Positions 19,365 to 30,124 are shown, counted from the first letter of the stretch. The stretch is DNA of 64,000 nucleotides from a virus (IMGVR_UViG_3300031867_004305:32001-96000), one strand, 5' to 3'. A program made the numbers and translations. Notes: generated from the letters alone by a model not told the origin.

Positions 19365-20471
19365 TTAGCCGTTTGGATGTGCGGCAGTATAAGCACTGGC
19401 AATAGCAGAATCTAGATTATCATTATAATCCTTCCAACCATCGGCCTCAATACCAGCATTGTAATAGATGCCCCAATAATTAGGAGTACCAATCATGCCA
19501 ATACCAACCTTTAGATAGCCTTGTAGAACGATAGAATTATCGCCCTCATGGTCATCCCACTCACGGAAATAAGGAGAGCCCTCAAAGCCTAGCTTGATTA
19601 GCTTTTCCTTGCCAGCAGGAATTACATAAGCGAAAGAAGGATTCATAACTAACTTCTCATTCTTCTCATCAGTATAAGACTGTGGCATTACAACAACTGG
19701 GAAGCCACGGAAACGGCCAATATAGCCACGCTCGCGCACTTCAATCATATCCTGATCAGAAATCTTGGTAGTATTGTTATAAACAATAGCATTTACCATT
19801 TCAGCTGCAAACTCAGGAGTGCAGTAGATTACTGGAGAACCATAAGCAGCAACAACGTTGCAAAGCTTTACCATAGCGGCTGGATCAAAACTAGAAGCAA
19901 TGACCTTATTCTTGGCTGGACGACCAGCTAGATTCCAAGAACTTAGTAGGGTCTCCTGAACCATTTCAAAGATGCGGTCAACAATACCTTGCTGAATAAT
20001 ATCATAAATATCAGTCATGTTCTCAACGCCATCAAGATAACGCTCGAAATCAACATAACCGGCTCCGCCAATAGCCTGTGGATATACGTCAAAACGATCA
20101 CGGTCTAGACGGAAGGTCTCATAGTTACCAGACTCGGTGGCACGAGTAACAAACTGACGACCACGCTGCTTGCCACGAGTTACACGGAACTCTAGGCGAG
20201 AACCCTGTGGTACACGAATAACTTCGCAGAACATATCTAGTGCGTTCTGGATATTCTGTGGTAGAACCTCTTCTAGGTTCTGCTCTAATAGCTCAAATAG
20301 CTCAATCTTATTGCGACGATACTTGGCACGACTAAAACGACCCTTGTCATCGCATAGTAACTTGACTAGCTCATCATGTAGAGCAGCCTCATAGTCATAA
20401 TTCTCGGCAGCGAACTCGGCTGGAACCTTGCGGCCGAAAACACCATTCATTAGAATCTGTAGATTATTCAT
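19365..20471 (-). CDS. Major capsid protein
   Basis: ~368 aa, GGAGG SD, strong codon bias, follows scaffold and auxiliary capsid gene, followed by a terminator. Confidence 0.8.
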   Translation of the reverse strand: MNNLQILMNGVFGRKVPAEFAAENYDYEAALHDELVKLLCDDKGRFSRAKYRRNKIELFELLEQNLEEVLPQNIQNALDMFCEVIRVPQGSRLEFRVTRGKQRGRQFVTRATESGNYETFRLDRDRFDVYPQAIGGAGYVDFERYLDGVENMTDIYDIIQQGIVDRIFEMVQETLLSSWNLAGRPAKNKVIASSFDPAAMVKLCNVVAAYGSPVIYCTPEFAAEMVNAIVYNNTTKISDQDMIEVRERGYIGRFRGFPVVVMPQSYTDEKNEKLVMNPSFAYVIPAGKEKLIKLGFEGSPYFREWDDHEGDNSIVLQGYLKVGIGMIGTPNYWGIYYNAGIEADGWKDYNDNLDSAIASAYTAAHPNG

Positions 20472-20486
20472 AGTTCGCACCTCCTA

Positions 20487-21116
20487 TTATAGACTAATAA
20501 TCTGATACTTAACGCCGGGCTCGCCGTTAGGTACAGTATAGAACTTAACAACCTTAGCATAAATGCCAGAATTTGGCTTGGTAGCAGTAATCTTAGGAAC
20601 AGCAGAACCAGCAACGGGAACTACATATAGAGGAGTAGTGTCGATAGCTTTTAGAGCATCAAATAGAACTTCTTCAGAAGTCTTTTCACTACCAGTAGTA
20701 GTTACAGCTTTGAATTCGCTATCATCGTACTGTAAACAGTTTGTAGTTACAGTATCACCAATACCAAATAAACCAACACGAGGATAGTCGCCAGCAATCT
20801 TGCGACCAAAGGTCTGTAGACCATAATGGAAAATATCATATTCCTTTTCAGTAGTATAAACAATACCAATAGGCTTATCAGTAGCAGCAGCTGGAGAAGC
20901 AATAACGCCCGCGGCCTTATCTGCAACAACCCACATACCATTCTCACAAGGAGCGTTTAGAGTGAATTCTGCACCTAGTGGGGTCTGTGAAACTACCATA
21001 CCAGTCTTTGGGAAAGCTACCTGGTTTAGCTCTAGAGTAGCATATAGCTTCTCGCCTGGGCGATACTTGCTAGAATAGCTATTGGCACTTGTTAGTGGAA
21101 ATCTCTTCATAGCCAT
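20487..21116 (-). CDS. Capsid decoration/auxiliary protein
   Basis: Between scaffold and MCP, same codon bias, beta-rich (CENGMWVVADKAAG). Confidence 0.55.
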   Translation of the reverse strand: MAMKRFPLTSANSYSSKYRPGEKLYATLELNQVAFPKTGMVVSQTPLGAEFTLNAPCENGMWVVADKAAGVIASPAAATDKPIGIVYTTEKEYDIFHYGLQTFGRKIAGDYPRVGLFGIGDTVTTNCLQYDDSEFKAVTTTGSEKTSEEVLFDALKAIDTTPLYVVPVAGSAVPKITATKPNSGIYAKVVKFYTVPNGEPGVKYQIISL

Positions 21117-21130
21117 AATTGTTTCCCTCC

Positions 21131-22420
21131 TTAGTTTTTACGATACTTTTTCATAAATTGAGCGAATTGATCTTCTTCAGGATCTGGTAGTGGCACTTTC
21201 ATTTCTTTTTCTTCACTGCCAGCGATCTTTGAATTAGCAAAAGTGATTGCTAATTTAGATTCCAATTCATCATAAGAAAAGTCATTAGCCGCTTCTTTAA
21301 TTGGACTAATTTCTTCTTCACTCATTATTTTTTCATATTTTTCTACCAAATCATTCTTACGAGCATTTTCAGCTTCTACTGCTTGATTCTCATAAGTCTG
21401 TAGAGTAGTTTGTAATTGTTCGTTTTGCGCGCGTAAAGTTTCAAGTTCAGTATTTGCGCTGGTTTGGAACGCTTCAAGTTCGTTGATACGAGTTTGGGCG
21501 TTCTCATAGTTTGATTGTAATTCGTTGTAGGAGTTTTGTAAGTCGTTGAATTGCTGTTGGAGAGCTTCAAATTCAGAAGGTTCTTCATTTTCGGGTTCTT
21601 CAACAACTTCTTCCTCATTTTCAGTAGATTCTGTTGTTTCCTCAGTTGTAACTTCTGTTTCAACAACTTCCTCAGCCTGAAATGAATCAGGAGTTTCTTC
21701 TACTTGAGGATTTTCAACCTGATCTACAACTTCTTGATTTTCAAACTCATTCATTGGTTGTTCTCCTCCTTCATTATTTTTTTCTGCCTCTTCAACTTGT
21801 GTTTTGAGGTCAAACAGAAGTGAAGAGAACTTCTCATATTGAGAATTATAAGTATCATCATTCTTTGAGAAGAATGAGGACACGGAAAAACAAGGTTCAT
21901 GTTCGCCAATAATACAAAAACCTAACATACTAGCTTTAGTATAAACAAAGTATTCAATTCCGTCAATACGGGTCCAAGCCCCATCAATTGAATTAGGATC
22001 TAATTCCATACTTTGATTTTGCCCAAAAACTTTATTAGCTTCTTCAAAATAATTGGTGAATAAAATAATTGAAAATACAGCGTAGTCTCGAATAACACCA
22101 TCTGTGTCTTCAAAAGGTTCCCATCCTAAAAAACTTTCTACATAACCATAGGCATTTGCCAAAGTTGGGCCACTATGAGAAGCCCAACTTTGTGTTTCCG
22201 GGTCAAAAAAACCAACTACTGGTGTAGTTCCTTGTGTAGCAGAATTGATAAGTTGTTCCGCTACTTTTTCAGTAATGTAAGAGCCATTGCGGTTTCCATA
22301 CTTAGTAAAAACACGCACTTTGAGGCGGCCCAAGTTAGGATTTGACTCCGAAATTCTTTCGATGGGAGAAGAGACTACAACACTATCAAAATAAATAGGT
22401 ATTTGTCTATCCATAGTCAT
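21131..22420 (-). CDS. Prohead protease-scaffold fusion
   Basis: N-terminal globular part (NRNGSYI, QSMEL, GFCIIG..EPCF) plus a Glu-rich coiled-coil C-terminus; an internal SD+ATG precedes MNEFENQ. Confidence 0.7.
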   Translation of the reverse strand: MTMDRQIPIYFDSVVVSSPIERISESNPNLGRLKVRVFTKYGNRNGSYITEKVAEQLINSATQGTTPVVGFFDPETQSWASHSGPTLANAYGYVESFLGWEPFEDTDGVIRDYAVFSIILFTNYFEEANKVFGQNQSMELDPNSIDGAWTRIDGIEYFVYTKASMLGFCIIGEHEPCFSVSSFFSKNDDTYNSQYEKFSSLLFDLKTQVEEAEKNNEGGEQPMNEFENQEVVDQVENPQVEETPDSFQAEEVVETEVTTEETTESTENEEEVVEEPENEEPSEFEALQQQFNDLQNSYNELQSNYENAQTRINELEAFQTSANTELETLRAQNEQLQTTLQTYENQAVEAENARKNDLVEKYEKIMSEEEISPIKEAANDFSYDELESKLAITFANSKIAGSEEKEMKVPLPDPEEDQFAQFMKKYRKN

Positions 22421-22426
22421 TCTCCT

Positions 22427-23998
22427 TTATCCCGCGGCCGCAATATTGGCCTGAGTTTTCTCGGACTTTTCTTCATCGGGGAGTTCTGGACGACCTCCCT
22501 TATTATTTATGTCTTTGTTCTGCTGAGAACTTGTAGTATTTTGTGACGAATTTGTATTTTTTCCTTCATTAGCTACTGCCGTGCCAGAAGTAGTATAAGA
22601 GGACTGTAATGGAATCATTTTACTAGACATATCTAAGAATTCATTTTCAAAATTCATTAAAGATAATTGATCCATTTGTTTAATTCCCATTGCTACTCCC
22701 GCAAACATTTTAGAGTAACCATATTGAGCACCACTGAAATAAGCACCTTGTAGGTCTTTACGATTAAATACCGTAGTGGGAAGAATCTCAAAATCAAAAG
22801 TTAATCCAGTGCGAGAAAATTGGTCATTCAAATGAAATTTTATCCAAGTTTCATATACATTTAAGAAACCCTGCATAAGTGCTTCATCTTTTTTTATGGC
22901 ATACGCTAATGTAGAGCTACCATCCGCATTAAAAATTATAGAACTACGGCCTAATGCGTCATAAGCGTTTTTCTTATATTTTTCAATACGGTCAGCAGAT
23001 TGAGTCGCGGCGGAAGATTCTTGTAAACTTTCTAAATCTGTTTCACCAAATGTAGTAAGTACATCAACAGTGTCAATATCACCAAGCATATCCGCAACAG
23101 AAGAATGAATATCCGCTACTTCATCAAGCTGAAAAACTAGTTCGCCGTCAGAAGTAATAGGCATCCTTTCAATAAGTAATTTATACAATTCGTTTTCATC
23201 ACGTTTTTCTTCTCGTTTTACAGCATCTTTTAATTGTTTTAAATCAGGAATACTAGAAATTAAAAGAGGCGTTTGATCTCCAGAAAAACAAAAACATACC
23301 CCGCCCGCGGCAGCAGGTATTTCTACCCACGAGTCAAGCATACGGCGGCTACCTTCCCACGCATACCAAGCTTCTTGGACTTCTTCAGGAAAAGTAGAAA
23401 GCATTTCTAATTTTAATTCTCGTGTTTGAAATTTATCAAAATAAATTAAGTTAAATTCTAGAATATTAAGATTATTCATATCCTTAAAACGGGTACGACA
23501 ATACTCTAAAGGTAATTCATGAATTACTGCTTTATTACCATCTTTTCTTAAAATACCATTATATACCCCTGTTTTTAACCATTCAGTAGTAATTCGCATT
23601 AAAGTATTAGGTAAATCAAGTGCGTCAACAAAGTGACAAGCATTATAAAATGCTTTTAAAATTTGTGCCTTGGATCCCTTACCTTCTTCAAACACAGGAA
23701 TAACCATAGTATCATATAAAAATAAATGTGCTAAAAAGTCTATATTATTTCTATATTCGCCATTAGTACGATAATAATAACGAGATAATTCCCTTAAATC
23801 TTGTAGGTCTCCTTCACAAATAATTCGTTCTATTTGTTCTAAAGTGAAATCTTGATAACTAACTGGATCACTTCTGCGATATCCCCAACGAGAATATGCA
23901 CGATCTCCAATTGGTAAACGTGGACTACGATTTTTTATTGCAACTTTAAAATTAGTAAAATCATATTTTTCTCTATTATTGATGTTCACTTTATTCAC
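22427..23998 (-). CDS. Portal protein
   Basis: 523 aa directly after the terminase; C-terminal GGRP motif common in portals. Confidence 0.75.
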   Translation of the reverse strand: MNKVNINNREKYDFTNFKVAIKNRSPRLPIGDRAYSRWGYRRSDPVSYQDFTLEQIERIICEGDLQDLRELSRYYYRTNGEYRNNIDFLAHLFLYDTMVIPVFEEGKGSKAQILKAFYNACHFVDALDLPNTLMRITTEWLKTGVYNGILRKDGNKAVIHELPLEYCRTRFKDMNNLNILEFNLIYFDKFQTRELKLEMLSTFPEEVQEAWYAWEGSRRMLDSWVEIPAAAGGVCFCFSGDQTPLLISSIPDLKQLKDAVKREEKRDENELYKLLIERMPITSDGELVFQLDEVADIHSSVADMLGDIDTVDVLTTFGETDLESLQESSAATQSADRIEKYKKNAYDALGRSSIIFNADGSSTLAYAIKKDEALMQGFLNVYETWIKFHLNDQFSRTGLTFDFEILPTTVFNRKDLQGAYFSGAQYGYSKMFAGVAMGIKQMDQLSLMNFENEFLDMSSKMIPLQSSYTTSGTAVANEGKNTNSSQNTTSSQQNKDINNKGGRPELPDEEKSEKTQANIAAAG

Positions 23999-25773
23999 CC
24001 CCTTTTTCTAGGACTGAAAAAGGCATATTGCCCAAAGTTCTTTTTCTTTGCTTTTCGCGCAGCTTTATCTTCATAATACTTTACTCTATAAAGACAGTAT
24101 TCAAGTGCAGAAAAGCGGTCTTTAGGGGTAGAAGCTGAAATACGCTCTACTTTAAATTGATTTTGAACACCAGTAGGCTTCAGCTTTAAATTATTTAATT
24201 CATCCATAAGACGAGAAGTCATTTCATAAGGAAGTAAATAAACTCTGCGATCATATAATGACATTTTTTTGCCACGAATTGTTTTTAATAATTTATCTTT
24301 TACTATTCTTTCGCTTGCAAGAAAAGATACGGAACCATTATTTATTTGTGAGAAAAAATTAGAATGAATTAAATCATCATTAGAAGAGCCAGCTTTAATA
24401 TCATATATAATAGCATTAAGCTCCGGTAAAGGTTCATCCATTTCTTTCTTTTTATCAGGCGGTAAATGATTTTCGTCATTAAAAGTAAAATAAGCAGGAA
24501 ATTTTTCTCCTGTATCTTTATTAAAAGAAGGAAGTACCATCGCATCTAGCAAGCCAATACCTGGGCCATTACCGTCAATAACTATTTCGCGTGGATTATA
24601 TAATTGTATAAGTTTTTTAAGACGCGGTGCTTGCTCTGTAATATAATTCGCGCCATGAATAACTTCTGTATAAACGATATTCTTTTTAAAACCATTCGCA
24701 TTCGGCATAACTTTAGCTACCATAATTGCAGTATTAGCAGAATATCTGGCTACGTCTACCCCAATCATATAAAATGTATTTGGATTTGTAGGATTTTCTT
24801 GTGCTTTACGCTCACATTTTAATAAAGTTCTACGTTTGCTTAGACGTTTAGAATCAAGCCATGCTTCTTTACTATTTCCAGTCCAAATAGACAATGACTC
24901 ACGAGCGAATGAATCTTCATTCATCGTATTGGAATAACGTTGATCCATTAACGTAGCTTTATCAATTAAGCCATAACGTAAAGGAACTTCATATGAAAGA
25001 CCCCAAACAAAATATTCTTGCGGCCGCAAAACAGCATTTACAGCACACTCAATAAGTTTGCTATACATAAATACAGTTTTTTCGCGCGCAGTAGTAATGA
25101 AGATTTGGGCAGCTGTAGGTTCTTCTGGATTAAGAGATCCATCTACTTCACGGCGTGCTACGTTCATTTGAGGAAGTAATACTTCATTATAATCTTCTTC
25201 CTCAATTGTCGCACATTCCTCCAATATACCGGCGGTAGCGCGCAGACCACGGCTTGTATCCTTTGAGACAACAGTAATCATACTACCGTTGCGGAAACGA
25301 AGCTCATAGTAGTTACCACTCTTTTTCTCACCTTGCTGTCCGCCGCTTTCACGTGTCTGTAATTCTTTTTGTAGCATAGGCCAATGGCGCCAAATTTCAT
25401 TGAATTTGGCCTCAGCGATTTTTATTACTGTACCCTTTACATCAGAAGAAATGAAAATGTTGGAACCAGGTAGAAGGACCGCACGCACAACAGAACTTAA
25501 ATAAGCTGTGAAAGATTTAGAAGTAGCACGAGTAGCAGTCCAATAGTGATAACGGTATCGCATTGAAGCACGAAGTGCAATACGCTGATAGAAGAATAAA
25601 TGAAAATGTTTTTTATCATTTTCTGGTTGTATTGCGTCCAAAAATAAATCCGGATACAACAACCAATAATTTAAATAAGAAGTAAAAAGAGATTGATTAT
25701 CATCAAGAAATTGTTTAGTAAGTATTACACCTTTTTCTAGCGCAATACCATCACGAATAAATGTTTCCGCCAT
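23995..25773 (-). CDS. terL: Terminase large subunit
   Basis: Walker A-like ATRATSKS, Walker B-like GILEE, motif III ITTA, RNase H-like nuclease GVDVAR...IDGNG...DRFSA. Confidence 0.9.
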   Translation of the reverse strand: MAETFIRDGIALEKGVILTKQFLDDNQSLFTSYLNYWLLYPDLFLDAIQPENDKKHFHLFFYQRIALRASMRYRYHYWTATRATSKSFTAYLSSVVRAVLLPGSNIFISSDVKGTVIKIAEAKFNEIWRHWPMLQKELQTRESGGQQGEKKSGNYYELRFRNGSMITVVSKDTSRGLRATAGILEECATIEEEDYNEVLLPQMNVARREVDGSLNPEEPTAAQIFITTAREKTVFMYSKLIECAVNAVLRPQEYFVWGLSYEVPLRYGLIDKATLMDQRYSNTMNEDSFARESLSIWTGNSKEAWLDSKRLSKRRTLLKCERKAQENPTNPNTFYMIGVDVARYSANTAIMVAKVMPNANGFKKNIVYTEVIHGANYITEQAPRLKKLIQLYNPREIVIDGNGPGIGLLDAMVLPSFNKDTGEKFPAYFTFNDENHLPPDKKKEMDEPLPELNAIIYDIKAGSSNDDLIHSNFFSQINNGSVSFLASERIVKDKLLKTIRGKKMSLYDRRVYLLPYEMTSRLMDELNNLKLKPTGVQNQFKVERISASTPKDRFSALEYCLYRVKYYEDKAARKAKKKNFGQYAFFSPRKRG

Positions 25774-26698
25774 TTAAATCACCAAGAAGAGCATCTTCAT
25801 CTTCATAAGCGATGTTTGCTGTTTCATCAAATTCTACTTCTTCATTTTCAATATTCTCTAGTCGTTCTGTGAGATTGAAACGTTCACGCTTGTCTTCTAC
25901 TTGTTCTGCGAAATTGCCTTCATTTACTACTAGGCGACGCAAGTAATTTTGAATGTTTTGCATACAGAAATCAACATCATCTTTTGGTTCTGTATGCCAT
26001 TTGGGATGCCAACCTTTTTTGCCGTAGTATACCATAAGTTCACCTACCGATTCGAAGTCTGCGGCATTTTTGGCATTAGAAGCTTCAAATTTGGCTATTT
26101 TAATTATGTTGTCGCGGGCGTCCATATCCTTTTTAATATCTAGGCCTTCGCGCAAACCTTTTTTAATGCGTAATTCAATTTCGCAGAGGTCGCGGGCGTA
26201 GTGCTCTAAGATAGGAGTGGAAACGTTTTGCGTAGCGATTATTTGGTTGTAGTATTCTTCAAGAAAGAGTAATTCATCTGGCGTGTAAGCGGGAGACCAA
26301 GTTTTTTTAAGTTTGCGCATTTTGGCTTCGCTTAATTCCTTGATTTCATCATCTATTGTTTGTTCTTCGCGCGCAATGCGCCATCTTTCATTTTCGTCAG
26401 ACCAAGATACGGAATTATATCTTTCATCTAAAAGTGTGTTAAAGTAAGCCGAAAGCGTGCGGTCGCCATGTATTTTATAAAGCGATGTCCATTTGTCCAT
26501 ATCAAAAGGCAAATCCAAGTATTGACAAAGTTTGTCAACTTCTTGGAAGTTGTCTTGACGCACCATTTTTTCAAGGCAAGAAGTACAAATAAGAGAGAGG
26601 TGACCCGGGAAGAATGGTGATTCAGTATGAGCAAAATCATATGATGGTTTTTCTTGTTTACATTTTAGGCAGCGTCGAGTCTTTATTGCGTCTGTCAT
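25751..26698 (-). CDS. Zn-finger protein upstream of terL (possible small terminase)
   Basis: CLKC...CTSC N-terminus; overlaps the terL start. Confidence 0.45.
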   Translation of the reverse strand: MTDAIKTRRCLKCKQEKPSYDFAHTESPFFPGHLSLICTSCLEKMVRQDNFQEVDKLCQYLDLPFDMDKWTSLYKIHGDRTLSAYFNTLLDERYNSVSWSDENERWRIAREEQTIDDEIKELSEAKMRKLKKTWSPAYTPDELLFLEEYYNQIIATQNVSTPILEHYARDLCEIELRIKKGLREGLDIKKDMDARDNIIKIAKFEASNAKNAADFESVGELMVYYGKKGWHPKWHTEPKDDVDFCMQNIQNYLRRLVVNEGNFAEQVEDKRERFNLTERLENIENEEVEFDETANIAYEDEDALLGDLNGGNIYS

Positions 26699-27968
26699 GT
26701 TCAGATTGACCTCCTTTTGCTATGCGTTTTTTGCGCTCACATTCTTTACAGTTGGAGGCGTATTTATCCTTGCGGCTGTTATTAGTAGCGAAAAAATAGT
26801 TGTTGCGTGGTAGCCATTGTTTACAGGTGAAGCATTGTTTTCGCTCCGATTGTGGAGTGGTTAAAAGCATACGATGCTTTGTGGCGGCTGCCGCGATTTT
26901 TTCTGGGATTTCTTTGGAGAGAATAGTACAGAGATGATTTTCGTTGTATTTTAATCCAAATTTTTCTTGTAGTTCAGCTACAATGACTGGATAAGGTGCT
27001 TTATCTATTTTTCGCGTAAGAATATATTCGCGCACAGGAGAAAATCCTACCATATCAAAATAGCGGTCAAAATCATACAGTAAGGTGCGGCCCCAACTGT
27101 CGAGTTTTTCGCCCAATTCCATATAGATGGCGCTATAGTGGTTAATGAGGGCTTTGATGTGTGCGGGATTCTCCCAATCAAATGAGTGTCGGCGCACAAC
27201 CCATTTTACTTCTTCTTCTCCTGTATCGGGATTTATTCTTGTTTCGTAGTCCGCGATGTTGCGGGAGATGGTATGGAGAAGAGCGTTGTCTACGCGCGTT
27301 TGCCATTGGTCGAGGGGCATCCAGTAACAAGCATCGGAGTCCCAATTGTAAGTTTGCGATTTTGGTGGAGTGACAGCAAGAAAGTGGAGAGTGGGTTTGT
27401 AGCTGTCTTTAAGGTAGTATTGGTGGCGCTTTATATCTATGAGGGCATGTTTGAATTGATAGAAGCGATAGGAGTCGGTGAATAGTTGGGTGTCTTCGTC
27501 GGGCGGGACTGTGCCTTCGTTTACTGCCTTGATGTGGTCTAGGCGGTCGATAGTTTCCCAGAGTTGGGTCATTCCGGGGACATCGCTATCGCCGGGGTCG
27601 ATGAGGTTGCCTTCTTTATCGTATTTGGGGCGGCGTATGGTAGGTTTTTTCTTTGTATAGATGTAGCGTGTTTCGAGTGTTTGGAGATTTTGTTGGTCGC
27701 TTAAGGGATTGTCGAGAATTTCGTCTAGTGAATGAACTTTGTCCGCGGCACGCTGAAATGATTTGTAGCGTTTGTCGGAATCGGTTGTTTCGCCTCGTTG
27801 GACGGAATTTTTACCTGTTTCATCTTTGCCATAAAGGATGTAAGAGGCCATTTGTTCTAATTCAGAGTTGGTAGGGTTGGTTTCGAGCGTGTCAAGAATG
27901 TCTTCTACTGCGCGAAGACGGTCTGTGTCGCGTTCGATGGAATAGTCGAGTGAGTACTTTTTTTTCAT
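26658..27968 (-). CDS. Hypothetical protein with C-terminal Zn finger, first gene of the structural block
   Basis: CFTC...CKEC at the C-terminus; SD GGAG before the ATG at 27968. Confidence 0.65.
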   Translation of the reverse strand: MKKKYSLDYSIERDTDRLRAVEDILDTLETNPTNSELEQMASYILYGKDETGKNSVQRGETTDSDKRYKSFQRAADKVHSLDEILDNPLSDQQNLQTLETRYIYTKKKPTIRRPKYDKEGNLIDPGDSDVPGMTQLWETIDRLDHIKAVNEGTVPPDEDTQLFTDSYRFYQFKHALIDIKRHQYYLKDSYKPTLHFLAVTPPKSQTYNWDSDACYWMPLDQWQTRVDNALLHTISRNIADYETRINPDTGEEEVKWVVRRHSFDWENPAHIKALINHYSAIYMELGEKLDSWGRTLLYDFDRYFDMVGFSPVREYILTRKIDKAPYPVIVAELQEKFGLKYNENHLCTILSKEIPEKIAAAATKHRMLLTTPQSERKQCFTCKQWLPRNNYFFATNNSRKDKYASNCKECERKKRIAKGGQSEHDRRNKDSTLPKM

Positions 27969-28012
27969 TTGCTTACATCTCCGTTTGGGAGATACAACTT
28001 CCTTCATTTTAC

Positions 28013-28041
28013 AGTTTAGCATATTTTGAGGATTTTGTCAA
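28013..28041 (-). promoter_or_regulatory. sigmaA-type promoter heading the structural block
   Basis: TTGACA-17bp-TAAACT with extended TG. Confidence 0.65.
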
Positions 28042-28171
28042 GTGTTTGGGTTTTAAAATTGGGCGGGATGGAATTTCAGGCCGGGTGTGGAATTTGGGCA
28101 GCCCTTAACATAAACTTAACATAAACTTAACATTTTCCTTAAATATAGCCCCGGGGTCGGCCGGGCGAGTC

Positions 28172-28517
28172 ACTTTAGTCTGCTAAAGTGGTGTCGTGGC
28201 ATCACTTTACTATAGTAAAGTGACAATTTAACATAAATTTAACATTTTAATATCACACTTTAGCATATTAAAGCATGAAATTCTACCGCAGGGGTAGGAT
28301 TATTTCATATTCAAAAAACCCAGTAGTATGGTGGTATTTTATTTTATCAACGGCACACACGATAACCACCTGGCCCATCGTTTTAGTAGGAAAAGATGGT
28401 AGGGGCCCACTTTAGCATACTAAAGTGCTAAAGTGCTAAATCCTACTGTTTGGCAAGACTTTCATATAGTAAAGTGCTAAATCCTACCGTGAGAATACAC
28501 TTTCATATACTAAAGCG
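28172..28517. repeat. Cluster of CACTTTA-N6-TAAAGTG palindromes
   Basis: Copies near 28172, 28203, 28256, 28408, 28458 and 28498; further copies near 31490, 31610, 32286 and 46549. Confidence 0.85.
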
Positions 28518-28523
28518 AGGGCT

Positions 28524-28964
28524 TTACGCCCTCGCCATCGCTTTTGCTATTGTGGTTTCATTCGCAAGACTTGCGGATTCAAATTTGATTTGGTATTTTG
28601 TACCGTTGATGGTGATATCGCCGTCGATGTAGTAGGGGATGGAATCTTTGTGCCACTCTTGCCCGGCGTTTTCGGTGATCCACTGTTCGAACGCTTCGCC
28701 TTTATTCTTCCGGCTTGCGAGGACTTCCGAGGCGGTACCGATGTAGGCGGCACCCATGTTAATCAGGCGGTGGCGGGCGATGGTGTTCATCCGAATGCGA
28801 AGCTTGCGAGCACCACCGTGGGAAGTGCTTTCCCTGTCCATGCCAACCAGCCACTCAGGCAGGTCGTTCAGGTAGATGGTGTAAACCTTGTCATTCATCA
28901 GGAAGCCGATGATGTAGGCCATCGCGGCGGTAGTGGCTTTGTAGGCGTTCAGCAGGTTCATCAT
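28524..28964 (-). CDS. Small PD-(D/E)xK-like protein
   Basis: NKGEAFE...DGDI...YQIKFESASL motif; own promoter and SD. Confidence 0.5.
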   Translation of the reverse strand: MMNLLNAYKATTAAMAYIIGFLMNDKVYTIYLNDLPEWLVGMDRESTSHGGARKLRIRMNTIARHRLINMGAAYIGTASEVLASRKNKGEAFEQWITENAGQEWHKDSIPYYIDGDITINGTKYQIKFESASLANETTIAKAMARA

Positions 28965-29063
28965 GGTGGTTACCTCTCTTTCGTTGCTTTCTAGGTATAT
29001 TATACACCTTGACCGGGCAGATGTCAATAAGGTTTATGTTAACTGTGTGTTAAAGGTTGAGGC

Positions 29064-29231
29064 TTACGCCTCAACCTTCCAGTCGTGGCGGATGCGCTCC
29101 AGCGGCCACCCATCACGGTCGATGGTGTGCTCCCACACGTTGCCATTCTCATCAAGGTAGGCGATGTGCGTCAGGGTGATCGGCCAACCGTCGCGGTCGA
29201 TGGTGTGCTCGTAGGCGGTGATCTTCTTCAT
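29064..29231 (-). CDS. 55-aa protein with duplicated EHTIDRDGWP motif
   Basis: Own promoter and SD; internal repeat. Confidence 0.7.
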   Translation of the reverse strand: MKKITAYEHTIDRDGWPITLTHIAYLDENGNVWEHTIDRDGWPLERIRHDWKVEA

Positions 29232-29462
29232 TTTGTAGCACCTCTCTCTCATTTCTTGACTATATTATAGCACACTGGAATAGCAATGTCAATAGGTTTT
29301 TTGCGAATTAACAGACGCTTAACAATCGACGTCCGCAGGTCCAGGTCTTGGTTAGTCATACCTAACTCGTGCCTTCACTCCTCCCTGTCCTTCCTTTCCG
29401 GTGCAACTATATTATAGCAAAAAAGAAGGCTTTTGTCAAGCCCTCTTTGTGTTAAGTTGATA

Positions 29463-29627
29463 TTAAAGAATACCAGTTATTTTTGCCACCAGCGGAGACA
29501 AGATCAGCATTAACAGACCAGCGATCATGCCCCAATTTACCAACCAATGAGGATCATCAGCATGGGCGATGCCCACAAAGCAAGCAACTACAGCAATTAT
29601 CACATACACAGGAAGAATCCACATCAT
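29463..29627 (-). CDS. Two-TM micro membrane protein (paralog of 34213 and 40692)
   Basis: Manual translation MMWILPVYVIIAVVALLVGIAHADDPHWLVNWGMIAGLLMLILSPLVAKITGIL. Confidence 0.7.
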   Translation of the reverse strand: MMWILPVYVIIAVVACFVGIAHADDPHWLVNWGMIAGLLMLILSPLVAKITGIL

Positions 29628-29833
29628 TGTTTTTCTCTCCTTTTTTTTCTCTCTTTCGTTGACACTATTATAGCATATAGCCGGGCGTTTGTCAATACTT
29701 TTTTATGTAAAGTATGTGTAAACTTCTCCGCCGGTCAAATATGATTAGTTAGTGAAAACTAACTCCACTGGCCGAGTTAGTTCAGACTAACTAACTCTCT
29801 AATATAAAAAATAAAGGGTTTGCACCCTTTATT

Positions 29834-30124
29834 TTAGAAATTGAAATTATCAATTGTACCACAATAGCGACAGGAAACAATCACATCGTCGTAAATAATT
29901 TCCGTGTTATTATCATCCATCAGACAAGCACACAAGTCATTAACATTCCAGTCCTCACAGCCGTAAAACTGCCAAATGTTCCCGTTCGCGTCAACCACGT
30001 CCACCAAATCAGTAGAATAGTCAACATTGACAACCTTAGTAACCATTGCGTAATCCTCAGCGAGAGCATTAACACCAACCACCATCAGCACGACCACCAT
30101 CAGCATCATAATCGTGTTCTTCAT
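29834..30124 (-). CDS. Small secreted/membrane-anchored protein
   Basis: Signal peptide-like N-terminus (ALA/E), own promoter. Confidence 0.7.
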   Translation of the reverse strand: MKNTIMMLMVVVLMVVGVNALAEDYAMVTKVVNVDYSTDLVDVVDANGNIWQFYGCEDWNVNDLCACLMDDNNTEIIYDDVIVSCRYCGTIDNFNF

